36,665 bases of DNA from Candidatus Nomurabacteria bacterium (GTDB taxonomy: Bacteria; Patescibacteriota; Minisyncoccia; Phycocordibacterales; UBA9973), in contig CALRFC010000001.1 in NCBI GenBank assembly GCA_943356395.1, positions 1 through 36,665 of the forward strand, written 5' to 3'. A model generated the notes under the pieces. That model was not told where the DNA came from. It did no database searches and worked only from the letters and a program-made list of their open reading frames with translations. Of the stretch, positions 18,820 to 28,171 are shown piece by piece. The position numbers and the translations under genes were made by a program. Within the stretch, counting starts at the first letter, position 1, and each line of letters starts with the position of its first letter.

Positions 18820-19637
18820 TTAATTCTCCGTCTGTTACCATAATACTTCCCGCGTACAACGGCGCGCGATGGATCAAGAAAGCCTTGAAGAGCGCTCTTT
18901 CTCAGTCTTTCAGAGATTTTGAATTAATAGTCATCAACGACGGATCGACAGACACAACGGAAGAGGTTGTACTTACTCTCGCTAAAGAGGATGGCAGAAT
19001 ACTCTATGTAAAGAATGAACATAATATCGGAATACAAAAAACTCGCAATCGTGCACTTGATTTTGCTAAAGGAGAATTTATTGCGGAGATTGATCAGGAC
19101 GATGAGTGGATAGATACCAACAAACTCGAGAAGCAGATCGATTTTCTCAGGCAGCACGGAGACCATGTTCTTTCCGGAACAGGAGCCGTTGTTGTGGATG
19201 ATACTGGTCGTGAGATATCCAGATATCTCATGCCGCTTTCTGATCGAGATATCCGAAAAAAGATTCTACGCGCAAACTGTTTCATCCATTCGAGTGTCGT
19301 TTACAGGAAAAAATCGGTCAAAGATATCGGAGGCTACACTCCGGAAAAGATGTCGGAGGATCATGATTTATGGTTGCGGCTTGGCAGGATAGGGAAGTTC
19401 ATGAATTTTCCCGACTACTCTGTGCGGTATCTTTTTAGCGCCGGAGGGTATAATTCACAGAACAAAACAGTACGTCTGAAACAGAATATCGAGAACGCTT
19501 TCGAGCACAAGAATTTTTATCCGAATTATTGGCAGGCGGTCGTACTAGGATGGGGGAAGATAATTTTTTATCCACTCTTCAATTTAATGCCCAAAAAAAT
19601 TCAAGGTATGTTTTTGAAATTGCACAAGAAAATCTAG
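18816..19637 (+). CDS. Glycosyltransferase family 2
   Basis: VTIILPAYN, INDGSTD, IDQDD, EDHDLWLR; ATGA overlap with upstream stop. Confidence 0.93.
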   Translation: MINSPSVTIILPAYNGARWIKKALKSALSQSFRDFELIVINDGSTDTTEEVVLTLAKEDGRILYVKNEHNIGIQKTRNRALDFAKGEFIAEIDQDDEWIDTNKLEKQIDFLRQHGDHVLSGTGAVVVDDTGREISRYLMPLSDRDIRKKILRANCFIHSSVVYRKKSVKDIGGYTPEKMSEDHDLWLRLGRIGKFMNFPDYSVRYLFSAGGYNSQNKTVRLKQNIENAFEHKNFYPNYWQAVVLGWGKIIFYPLFNLMPKKIQGMFLKLHKKI

Positions 19638-20593
19638 CGCACGCGTCCGGCAGAGATGTATTCCTCACAAACTTTTTTAAGCTGTTCTTCCACGGGAAAA
19701 CTAGTTTGAAAACCAAGCGTATCTGTAATCTTTTTCTGCGAATAGACGCTCTTGTTCGCGAGCGCTTTCAGTCTGGAAAAAGTGAGCGGATTTTTTTTGC
19801 CTGCTACCGCGCACAAGAGCGTTGCCATGATGACCGCGAGGTATGCGACGGGGTAGGGGATGGTCAGAGTCTTTTTCGTCACCGCCGGCGGAAGATTTTT
19901 CACCAGCGCGTTCATTTTTCTGTAGGAGATCGGCGTATTCACGATGTAGATGCCTCCGGACACAGTGTCGGCTTCGGCGAGCATTTGCATCGCTTTTGTC
20001 ACTTCATCGATATGAACGATGTTGCAAATCCCTTCCCCTATATTCATGAAAGAGCCGTTGCGCATGCTTTTGAGCAGTTGGAAAAAACTGTTTTTGGCAT
20101 ATTTTTTCCCGCCGAAGATGACCGTCGGGCGGAGTATGTGCGCGCGCAATCCTTCCTTCACCGCACCTGCCACGATCTCTTCGGCAGCGTATTTCGTTCT
20201 TTCGTATGCATTTTGCGGATGGCATGGCGTTGTTTCGTCCAACACACGCTCTCTCGTTTCCCCGATCACTCCCGCGCTCGACAGATGGATCAGTTTGCAA
20301 TTATTCTTGAGCGCAAGCGCGACGATATTTTTCGTGCCCTCGATATTAACCTTTTCCATCTCATCGGGCTTATCGATCGCTCCTGCGCAATGGTATATGG
20401 TTTCTATTCCGGACGGCAAAGAGATCGGAGCTGTGATGTCTCCCACAATAATTCTTATGTTTTCTTCATCTGAAAAAATCTCAGTTTCTTTTCTCGTGAG
20501 CGCATATACAGCGCATCCTTTTTGGGCGAGAGATCTTGAAAGATTCTCTCCGACAAATCCTGTCGCTCCGGTAACCAAGATTTTTTCAGTCAT
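19634..20593 (-). CDS. NAD-dependent epimerase/dehydratase
   Basis: KILVTGATGFVG, YERTK (YxxxK), LRPTVIFG; start at MTEKI. Confidence 0.9.
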   Translation of the reverse strand: MTEKILVTGATGFVGENLSRSLAQKGCAVYALTRKETEIFSDEENIRIIVGDITAPISLPSGIETIYHCAGAIDKPDEMEKVNIEGTKNIVALALKNNCKLIHLSSAGVIGETRERVLDETTPCHPQNAYERTKYAAEEIVAGAVKEGLRAHILRPTVIFGGKKYAKNSFFQLLKSMRNGSFMNIGEGICNIVHIDEVTKAMQMLAEADTVSGGIYIVNTPISYRKMNALVKNLPPAVTKKTLTIPYPVAYLAVIMATLLCAVAGKKNPLTFSRLKALANKSVYSQKKITDTLGFQTSFPVEEQLKKVCEEYISAGRVR

Positions 20594-20594
20594 A

Positions 20595-22238
20595 TTATTT
20601 GAACAATCTATTATATTTGTCTTTGTTCTCGAGAACATATTTCGGCAAACCGCTTTCATCGGTGCGGTATTTTGATTTTCTTCCCAAGTAATCGCTCTTG
20701 CCGAATCTCGCGTCGAGATTTTTCTGCACATCGTCGGTATTGTAGCTTTCTTTCGTGTATGAATCGTTGAGTTTTCTGCGTATTTCATCGACGCCCCCCA
20801 TGTTTGTGAAATGCCAGCCGCCATTCTCGACATATGAATATCTTGTCTTACTCTTCGTTCGCAGATGGTTGAGGCAGGCATTTTTTATATTTTTATACTT
20901 TGTCGCCATAGTGCCCGCCCATGGTTCATCAGATATATTGTTCAGATAGTATGTTGACACTCGCTGTCTTAATTTGAAGATATCGTCTTTCGTATAGTCG
21001 AAAAACGCAGCCGGATCCCATATCTCATCGGCGTCCCCGATAAAGCAGATGTCGTCGTCGTTGATCCCAACAAGCGCTTTCTTGATGCTTTCTTTCTGAT
21101 AGAACTCTCGCCGCCAGTGCTCCGGTCCGCCCTTCGGCACATTGGAGCTTGCATCGGCTAATTCGCAGATATATTCGTCGTTCGGATAATCATCTATAAC
21201 GAAGTGCTCTATCTTATCCGAAAAATCCGAAAAACGAGCTTTTTGTTCTTCGAAATAAATTGGTTTTTTCAGACCTGAAAAAGTTGTCGGAGCTTCGACA
21301 ATGATGAAGCGGTCTACGAAAGGGTAGAGGATGTTCAAACGGATTTCCAAAATATCCGCCTCGCCGTTGTAAGTGAAGATATCGTAAATTTTTATCTTTT
21401 TCCGATATTCTTCAATTTCTCCTTTTGTCGCAGACTCTTTTTTTTTCGCCGAAAGCGCATCTCTGAAAGAGAGAATTTTCTGCGCCAGCATATTTTTTGT
21501 ATGAATTATTCTCCCGCGCGCTTTTCCGACAAATCTTTTGAAAAGGACCAATGCAGAATGTTTTTTCATCGGCGGAGCGTCGTATGCTTCGCTTCCGTCA
21601 TATTTTTTTATAAAAGCGATGCTCCGATAGAGATGTATGTATTCTATGCTCTTTTCCCACCAGTCCATTTCACCAATTTTTTTGTTCTGATATACATGAT
21701 CTTTCCTGATATTTTTAATTTCTGCGAGTCCGCATTTGCCGTTGGAATTGACGAGATCAAGCATCTCTTTCAAGCGATCCATAAAAGCCGTGCCGCCGTC
21801 GGCGAGCTCCGGCCAATACACGCAATGTATGTCTTCAACGACATACAAGCCTCCTTTTGAAAGGAGGGGAAACATAAAGTCCATCGTTATCTTCATGTCA
21901 TTGCTGTTGTGCGATCCGTCGTCGATGATGATATCGAACGGCCCGTGATCGTCATTGAGTTTCTTCAAGAAGGCCGTATCGCTCTGACTGCCGCGCACCG
22001 GAATGATACGATCCTCGGCGAACTCTGCGCACGGCGCGATATCGATGCCGACGATCGTGGCGTTCGGAAAGTACTCTTTCCATGTCTTGAGCGAATAGCC
22101 GTTTTGGATCCCTATCTCCAAAATTTTCAGCTTTTCATTTCTTAAGGCATCGAAATACTTCTCGTATTTTTCCGTGTAATTATGAAGCTCGCTTGATTTG
22201 TCCGTATTGTATTTTAATGCAATTTCGTCGAGTGTCAT
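20595..22238 (-). CDS. Fusion: class I SAM methyltransferase + GT17-like glycosyltransferase
   Basis: N-term KILEIG...GIDI...FDIIIDDGSH...GGLYVVED; C-term IYDIFTYNGE..ILEIRL......VDRFIIVEA..TFSG..KP, DADEI, GGWHF. Confidence 0.8.
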   Translation of the reverse strand: MTLDEIALKYNTDKSSELHNYTEKYEKYFDALRNEKLKILEIGIQNGYSLKTWKEYFPNATIVGIDIAPCAEFAEDRIIPVRGSQSDTAFLKKLNDDHGPFDIIIDDGSHNSNDMKITMDFMFPLLSKGGLYVVEDIHCVYWPELADGGTAFMDRLKEMLDLVNSNGKCGLAEIKNIRKDHVYQNKKIGEMDWWEKSIEYIHLYRSIAFIKKYDGSEAYDAPPMKKHSALVLFKRFVGKARGRIIHTKNMLAQKILSFRDALSAKKKESATKGEIEEYRKKIKIYDIFTYNGEADILEIRLNILYPFVDRFIIVEAPTTFSGLKKPIYFEEQKARFSDFSDKIEHFVIDDYPNDEYICELADASSNVPKGGPEHWRREFYQKESIKKALVGINDDDICFIGDADEIWDPAAFFDYTKDDIFKLRQRVSTYYLNNISDEPWAGTMATKYKNIKNACLNHLRTKSKTRYSYVENGGWHFTNMGGVDEIRRKLNDSYTKESYNTDDVQKNLDARFGKSDYLGRKSKYRTDESGLPKYVLENKDKYNRLFK

Positions 22239-22247
22239 GTTTCTGTA

Positions 22248-23948
22248 TTATATGTATATTTTGCCGATGCACAAGGAGATTTTGCGGATCAGTTTTTCCA
22301 GCATGAACATATCCTTGCCGGAAGCGATTTCCTTTATTCCATTCTCGTCGAGCGGCTTTTGGATGTCCGGGTTGAGTTCTCCGTCTTTCGTCCAGAGCGT
22401 GTAGAGCGCCCGTTCGACCAAATGCGCTTCGCCCGCAAGTTGGTCGTGCGAAATGATCAGGCGCAGATTTTCGTAGACAATTTTCGGTATTTTCAGAATC
22501 GTGGCTTTCGGCACGATGTAATTGCCACCCGGAGCGAACGGCACATAGAGCGGCATTGTAGGATTCTTGTACAAAAATCGCAGAAAGTGGCCGTAGGAAT
22601 TGAAATATGTGTTCTTGAAGTGCTTCAGATACCAGCTCGTGTTGATCTCATGGAAGATGTTTCCTGCCCGAATGCCGGAGGCAGGCGGGGATGAGAAAAA
22701 GGACAACGGGAAGCGAAAGCGGTGCAATCGCTTGTCGACGAGCGGCATGAACGAAGCGCTGTTCATCACGCGCTCGAACTCCTCGCGGCGCATATGACGC
22801 GGGAAAATATTGCCTTTAACGAAGATCGTGCAGTCGGGCAGATTCTCGTAGTTATCTATTATGAATGTAAAGTAATCATACAAATTATATCCAATATTAG
22901 GGGCTTGGATAACTTTTTTCAAATCTATTTTTTCAGGCAGTATTGGGTTCTCGCTTCGGTCGTAGATCATATAATTGTCCGTATATTCCGGCACCCATCG
23001 CACATCGTTGTTGTAATTCGATACGACCAGAAAATTATTTTCTATTTTGGGAATTGAAAACCACTTCGCATGATTTTTCATATATTCGCTAAATTCACTC
23101 ATGCACGAATCGTAATCGCTCAAGTTTCCATTCCGATCCTGATACATGAATCCGCGAGTGAGATTCTGCCCCATGCTCCAGTAGCCGTCGGAAATATTGT
23201 GCCGCGCCCAATACTTCGGTGCGATGCAGTATTTCAGGTTTTCATTGAGCCACGCTGGGAACCACGCGAAGCTTGAGTTCGACAGGATGAGATAATGAGC
23301 GTTGTTGATGATGCTATAATCTTTCGCGATACTGAAATGGAAAACTTCGTGTTCCGGAAAGAATCTCTGTGCCGAAGAGGTGTCGTCTGTGATGACGACG
23401 AAACGGAAGCGGGGATTGATCTTCCGCATGTTCTTGATCGCATCGTTCCAATATCTTTTCGACAAGAAAAGTTCCGGATGCCTCGTGTATTCTCCGCCGC
23501 GGAAATTGATGATGCATATATTTTCGTCTGCGTAATCGCGACAATCACATTCATTCTTGATCGTGAGCCACCGCTTAATCTCACCTTTCCGGTGCGCGAA
23601 GTAGCGTTCGTCCTGCATGAGGCCTTCCAGCTTGGTACTGTCGAGAACGGTTGTCAGATCTTCGTCGTACAGGCGGATATCGGCGCCGTTTTCCGGATGA
23701 GTGGCCCGCCTCTCGCAGTAATAATGCCTGATCTCTTCCGGCAGTGTCCGCGGCGGACCGCCCTCGGGGCCGCTGCCGCCCAAGACTTCGCGTCCGAAAT
23801 CCAGATCCAAAAAATCCGCACCCTTGAAGCGTTCCCCATGCATGATGCCGAAATCATATCCGCGGTCGAGCGCGATGACTCTGGTCGTTATGTAGACCGC
23901 CAGCTGATTGCCCAATCCTTGTCCTTTATATAATTCCGTGACGATCAT
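22248..23948 (-). CDS. Fusion: GT11-like glycosyltransferase + DUF3431-like domain
   Basis: GQGLGNQL, NFRGGEY, ILSNSSFAWFPAWL; C-term LVVSNYN.D..W, NIG...Y..FIIDNYENLPD..IF. Confidence 0.7.
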   Translation of the reverse strand: MIVTELYKGQGLGNQLAVYITTRVIALDRGYDFGIMHGERFKGADFLDLDFGREVLGGSGPEGGPPRTLPEEIRHYYCERRATHPENGADIRLYDEDLTTVLDSTKLEGLMQDERYFAHRKGEIKRWLTIKNECDCRDYADENICIINFRGGEYTRHPELFLSKRYWNDAIKNMRKINPRFRFVVITDDTSSAQRFFPEHEVFHFSIAKDYSIINNAHYLILSNSSFAWFPAWLNENLKYCIAPKYWARHNISDGYWSMGQNLTRGFMYQDRNGNLSDYDSCMSEFSEYMKNHAKWFSIPKIENNFLVVSNYNNDVRWVPEYTDNYMIYDRSENPILPEKIDLKKVIQAPNIGYNLYDYFTFIIDNYENLPDCTIFVKGNIFPRHMRREEFERVMNSASFMPLVDKRLHRFRFPLSFFSSPPASGIRAGNIFHEINTSWYLKHFKNTYFNSYGHFLRFLYKNPTMPLYVPFAPGGNYIVPKATILKIPKIVYENLRLIISHDQLAGEAHLVERALYTLWTKDGELNPDIQKPLDENGIKEIASGKDMFMLEKLIRKISLCIGKIYI

Positions 23949-24628
23949 AGCTTCTTTTTTAAAAATTTCGTTATTTTCTTTCGCATGAATTCAATAAAAT
24001 TCTTCCGGCTATTGTGAAAACCAAAGGGATACTTTTCTGAATCGTCGCACCAGCGCTCTCTACTGAAGAGCGAGGCGATCTCGACCGGCGCGAAGAGTAT
24101 GCCGTTTTCTTCAAGCGTCTTGCGATAATATACGCACAAAACGCCATCCTCATGAAAAAAACCTGTTCCATTGTCGGTGAATGGCAGATTTAGATTTGCT
24201 AGTATATTCAACAATTTCTTGCTTCGGAAAGAAAAGCCGCCATTGCCGACACGGATATTTCTTCCTGTTTCGTCAAAATGGGCATTTTTCGGCCATGGTG
24301 CGCCGATGTAATCATATTCGAAGAATCGGTCATCCCATTTGTTCGGCCGGAGCACATAGCCGTCGTTTTGTACGATTAACACAAAATCGGTCCGTATGCA
24401 GTCTTTCAATCTGTAAAGCACAAAATGATTGTATCCTTTGTAATCCAATTTTTCGACGGCAATTACTTTTATGCCGAATTCATCGAGCGAATATTTTTCG
24501 TGCGTGATGAGAATGCTTTCGGCATACGCTACGCCGCGCATGCTTTTTTTAAGCGCGGAAATCGTTTCCTCCACTTTCGTGCAAGCGATCGCGCAAAGCG
24601 TGACATTTGGCAAGTTGAGCGTTTTCAT
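23945..24628 (-). CDS. DUF5672-like putative glycosyltransferase
   Basis: LPNVTL, LIVQNDGY, YDYIGAPW, VGNGGFSFRSKKLL, HEDG, PFGFH. Confidence 0.75.
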   Translation of the reverse strand: MKTLNLPNVTLCAIACTKVEETISALKKSMRGVAYAESILITHEKYSLDEFGIKVIAVEKLDYKGYNHFVLYRLKDCIRTDFVLIVQNDGYVLRPNKWDDRFFEYDYIGAPWPKNAHFDETGRNIRVGNGGFSFRSKKLLNILANLNLPFTDNGTGFFHEDGVLCVYYRKTLEENGILFAPVEIASLFSRERWCDDSEKYPFGFHNSRKNFIEFMRKKITKFLKKKL

Positions 24629-25638
24629 TTCCAAAAACTATACATATTTTTTTCCACTTCATATTCCATTTGTTTCGATTCTCGTTTTGGCTGTTGCTGT
24701 GCCCAAGCGAACATTTCCCGAATAGTCGATTCTATGTCTGTATTATCTTTGAAATCCAGAAGTTTCTTCGCTTTGCCGTGGTCGCAATACGCATCTTTGA
24801 CTTCCATCCTGCCTTCAACATGTTTTATCTCTGCGTTGTGTCCGTGTTCGATCCCGATTTTCTGAACTAATGCCGCTATGGTATTCAAATCATACTCGCG
24901 ATCCGCGCCCAGGTTGAAAATCTCTTCGTCAAAGCCTTCCATCAATTTCTCAAATGCTTCCAGATAAAATGCGATATCGGAAAAAGCTCTTTTTTGCGTT
25001 CCGTCTCCGTATACCAATATAGGATCGCCGGCGAGGGCATTCCTAATCCAGATGCCGATGACATTCCTGTATTTATCCCAGATATTTTGATAGATGCCGA
25101 TGACATTATGAGGCCGTACGATGCTGTAATTCAGGCCGAACTGTTCATATGCCTGTTTGAGATCCATTTCCACCGCATATTTTGCGATGCCATACGGGTC
25201 GGCGGGCGACGGCGTTTGATTTTCTTTGAACGGAGGAGTGCCGTGACCATAAACCGCCATGGAAGATGTAAAAATTATTTTTTTTGTTCCATGCGTTATG
25301 CATGCATTGATGACATTGACCGAGCAGATAAGGTTGTTCGTATAATTGAAATTTCGAATGAACGGCGAAAGGCCTTCCGCCGCATAGGCGGCAAAATGAT
25401 ATACATATTCGGGCTTGTGCTCGGAAAATATTTTTTCCAACGCATTCTTGTCTGCCAAATCAATGTCGTAAAAATTCTCTTCCACAATCAATCTCTTGTC
25501 CATATAATCCGCGTATCCGCCGGAGAGATTGTCTATCCCAACCACATCGTACCCCTTATCTAAAAGATGTCTGGAAAAATGCGCGCCCAAAAGTCCTGCG
25601 ACGCCTGTGATCAGTATCTTTGTTTTTTGGTCATTCAT
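24625..25638 (-). CDS. NAD-dependent epimerase (UDP-glucose 4-epimerase-like)
   Basis: ILITGVAGLLG, HFAAYAAEGLS, TSSMAVYG, YGIAK. Confidence 0.9.
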   Translation of the reverse strand: MNDQKTKILITGVAGLLGAHFSRHLLDKGYDVVGIDNLSGGYADYMDKRLIVEENFYDIDLADKNALEKIFSEHKPEYVYHFAAYAAEGLSPFIRNFNYTNNLICSVNVINACITHGTKKIIFTSSMAVYGHGTPPFKENQTPSPADPYGIAKYAVEMDLKQAYEQFGLNYSIVRPHNVIGIYQNIWDKYRNVIGIWIRNALAGDPILVYGDGTQKRAFSDIAFYLEAFEKLMEGFDEEIFNLGADREYDLNTIAALVQKIGIEHGHNAEIKHVEGRMEVKDAYCDHGKAKKLLDFKDNTDIESTIREMFAWAQQQPKRESKQMEYEVEKNMYSFWK

Positions 25639-26260
25639 AGTCTTTAGGGATTAGGAGCATGCCAATCTTCGCATTATATTCATCGACACTATTTTCTTGC
25701 ACATCCGGGCGTGTCCGTTTTGCTAGGTCGAGAACGGTTTTGCGACCGGTTCCTAGATATCGGAAGTCACTGGTCATCCTGTCCCATGCCTTGATTCTTT
25801 CCGCAAGGATTTTTGCGATCACATCGACATAATCCCCCTGAGTATACTGGTCTCCATAGGCGAAAGGGAATGGAAAGGGATTTGGTTTGAAAAATGTACG
25901 GAAAATCAAGTGTTTAGGATGAGTTTTTACTATTTCCTCGCCGAGTTGCTTCGTTAAAGCATAAACACCGAGGGGGTCCTTGCAGTATTCAGATGAGATA
26001 TAGACGAAGGGCGTGTCTCGGTATCTTTCCACCATGTTCCATGTGCCGACAACATTCGTATCGAAACACTTCTTACGCTCGCGTTCCCCTTTGACAACAT
26101 CCGTGTATGCGCCCATATGGACTATTAGATCATACTTTTTATTGGGGATATTATCTGCGCATATGAAATCCCAATGTTCGATGCCCACATACTCGCCCTC
26201 AAGATGCTTCTTTAATTCTGCAGCGAGCCGTCCAGTGCCGCCGGTGATTAATATCGTCAT
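25631..26260 (-). CDS. RmlD-like sugar-nucleotide reductase (short)
   Basis: ILITGGTGRL, HMGAYTDV, YISSEY, YALTKQLGE. Confidence 0.8.
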   Translation of the reverse strand: MTILITGGTGRLAAELKKHLEGEYVGIEHWDFICADNIPNKKYDLIVHMGAYTDVVKGERERKKCFDTNVVGTWNMVERYRDTPFVYISSEYCKDPLGVYALTKQLGEEIVKTHPKHLIFRTFFKPNPFPFPFAYGDQYTQGDYVDVIAKILAERIKAWDRMTSDFRYLGTGRKTVLDLAKRTRPDVQENSVDEYNAKIGMLLIPKDYE

Positions 26261-26286
26261 AAAAAAGATTATGCCATAGCGGCTGT

Positions 26287-27390
26287 TTAAGAAATATTTT
26301 TCTCGGAATTTTTTCCAGATGTATAAAAATCTCGTACGGTCTTGATAATATGCTTAATCTCCTCATCTGTGAGCGCATTGTGAACAGGGAGCGAGAGAAG
26401 CTTCTGCCACACAGCATCGGTAATCGGGAGCGGTCGCTTCACAGCTTTTTTCCAATATGTCATCTCCGAGAGAGGCTTGAAATGGACGGAAGTGGCGATA
26501 CCGTTCTCTGCCAGAAATTCCGAGAGCTCATCGCGTCGTTCGCATGACATCGTATAGTACTGGACCGTATGCGAGTATTCAGGCACCTTAATCTCTTGGA
26601 TGTTTTTAAACGCCTCGTTGTACGCGGCCTGAATTTCTCGACGGCGGGCATTCGTTTCTTCGAGTCTGCGCAATTGTCCGAGTCCGACAATGGCTTGCAC
26701 ATCAGTCATGTACGCCTTAATGCCTTGGCTTTGGGTGATGTCATAATCCCAAGTATATTTTTTCTTGTCGACGCGATCGTAAGTGGATTTTTCTACGCCG
26801 AGCCATGTGAGCGTGCGAAGCTTCTTATAAATCGCCTCGTCATTCGTCGTAATAGCTCCGCCGTCCCACATGGGCATGGATTTTACTGCTTGGAAAGACC
26901 ACACGGTTATATCGGCATCTTTGCCCGCTCCGGGAGTATACATCGCATGTGCGGCGTCTTCAATGATGAGTCCTTTGAATTTTTTTCGGATACCGGATAC
27001 ATCAGCCAACCTCCCGTGAGAATCAACGGTAATAACCGCTTTTGTCTTGTCTGTGATGACCAGAGAATCCGGATCGAGGCAGAGAGTTTTCGGATCGATG
27101 TCCGCGAATGTCACATCCATGTCATTCCACTCTCCAACAATGGCATCGGAGACGAATGTCATCGGCGTCGTGATAAGTTCGCCGCCCGTAATGTTGTGTG
27201 CTTTCAGGCACAAATCCAGTGCCGATGTGCCGGAATTCGTGGCTATGCAATATTTCGCGCCAACATATTTGGCAAAGCTTTGTTCGAATTCTTGAGTTTT
27301 TGGGCCGAATCCCCACCAGCCACTGTCGAGCACCTCCAACAATTCTTTTTTAGTCCGTTCGTCGATCGTCGGTTTTAATACTGGTATCAT
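26287..27390 (-). CDS. DegT/DnrJ/EryC1/StrS sugar aminotransferase
   Basis: NSGTSALDL, IIEDAAHA, SFQAVK (PLP lysine), LSLPVH. Confidence 0.93.
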   Translation of the reverse strand: MIPVLKPTIDERTKKELLEVLDSGWWGFGPKTQEFEQSFAKYVGAKYCIATNSGTSALDLCLKAHNITGGELITTPMTFVSDAIVGEWNDMDVTFADIDPKTLCLDPDSLVITDKTKAVITVDSHGRLADVSGIRKKFKGLIIEDAAHAMYTPGAGKDADITVWSFQAVKSMPMWDGGAITTNDEAIYKKLRTLTWLGVEKSTYDRVDKKKYTWDYDITQSQGIKAYMTDVQAIVGLGQLRRLEETNARRREIQAAYNEAFKNIQEIKVPEYSHTVQYYTMSCERRDELSEFLAENGIATSVHFKPLSEMTYWKKAVKRPLPITDAVWQKLLSLPVHNALTDEEIKHIIKTVRDFYTSGKNSEKNIS

Positions 27391-27421
27391 AATAGTTTTT
27401 ATATAATATAAGCAGTAAGCA

Positions 27422-28120
27422 TTATTGCATTTTAGTATATTTTTGCAACATATAATCGTACTCCTTCCTTTTCATTTTATCGGAAAGATGATTTGTTGTC
27501 TGATGCTTGCCAACGCCGATTGTGACACCTATCGCGTTCAATATGGTAGGTTTGCCATATTTTTGATACAGTCTCGCATAATAATCGCAGTCGAGCGTCC
27601 AGGTGAGATTTTCGTCGAAGAGCAGGGGATCATCATTTTTTATCGTGAGAACGGATGGCGAACCGATGGTATTCTTTCCGACGCGTATCTTCTCATCGTC
27701 ATAAACAGGCAAATGATTCCTCCCTTTTATCCATGTCCTCCATGTTCTTTTGTCGCTTCTGCACCCGGTGACGAGCCATTGTCCGGAAAAATGATCCGCG
27801 ATTTCCTGCAATGAATCTTGGTGTGCGAGAAAATCATCCTGATACAATATTTTTATGAGTTCTCCGGATGCCCTCTTGATCGCCTCATTGGTATTCTGCG
27901 CTATCCCTTTGCGCGGATTCTTGAAGTATTTTATATCCAACAATCGGTATTTGTCATTCTCGCACAGATTTTTTATGTGATCGTTTTCCGAATTATCCGT
28001 GACCACGATTTCGAAATCTTTGAATGTCTGCTCGGAAAGCATGTCGAAACTGCGCGCAAGAAACGGGATTCCTTCGCCATGCATGTCGTATGTGGGGATA
28101 CAAACGCTTATTTTTTTCAT
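27422..28120 (-). CDS. Glycosyltransferase family 2
   Basis: ISVCIPTY, EIVVTDNS, ILYQDD, LDCDYY. Confidence 0.88.
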   Translation of the reverse strand: MKKISVCIPTYDMHGEGIPFLARSFDMLSEQTFKDFEIVVTDNSENDHIKNLCENDKYRLLDIKYFKNPRKGIAQNTNEAIKRASGELIKILYQDDFLAHQDSLQEIADHFSGQWLVTGCRSDKRTWRTWIKGRNHLPVYDDEKIRVGKNTIGSPSVLTIKNDDPLLFDENLTWTLDCDYYARLYQKYGKPTILNAIGVTIGVGKHQTTNHLSDKMKRKEYDYMLQKYTKMQ

Positions 28121-28171
28121 AATTTTACTCTTTCGAGCTTAACACATATTCATTCTTCCACAAGTAAAAAA

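Noticed and set aside
19529..20473. Long antisense/alternate-frame ORFs (e.g. 19529-20473, 11545-12465, 26569-27378, 251-901)
   Set aside because: Shadow ORFs of well-supported genes, with no motifs
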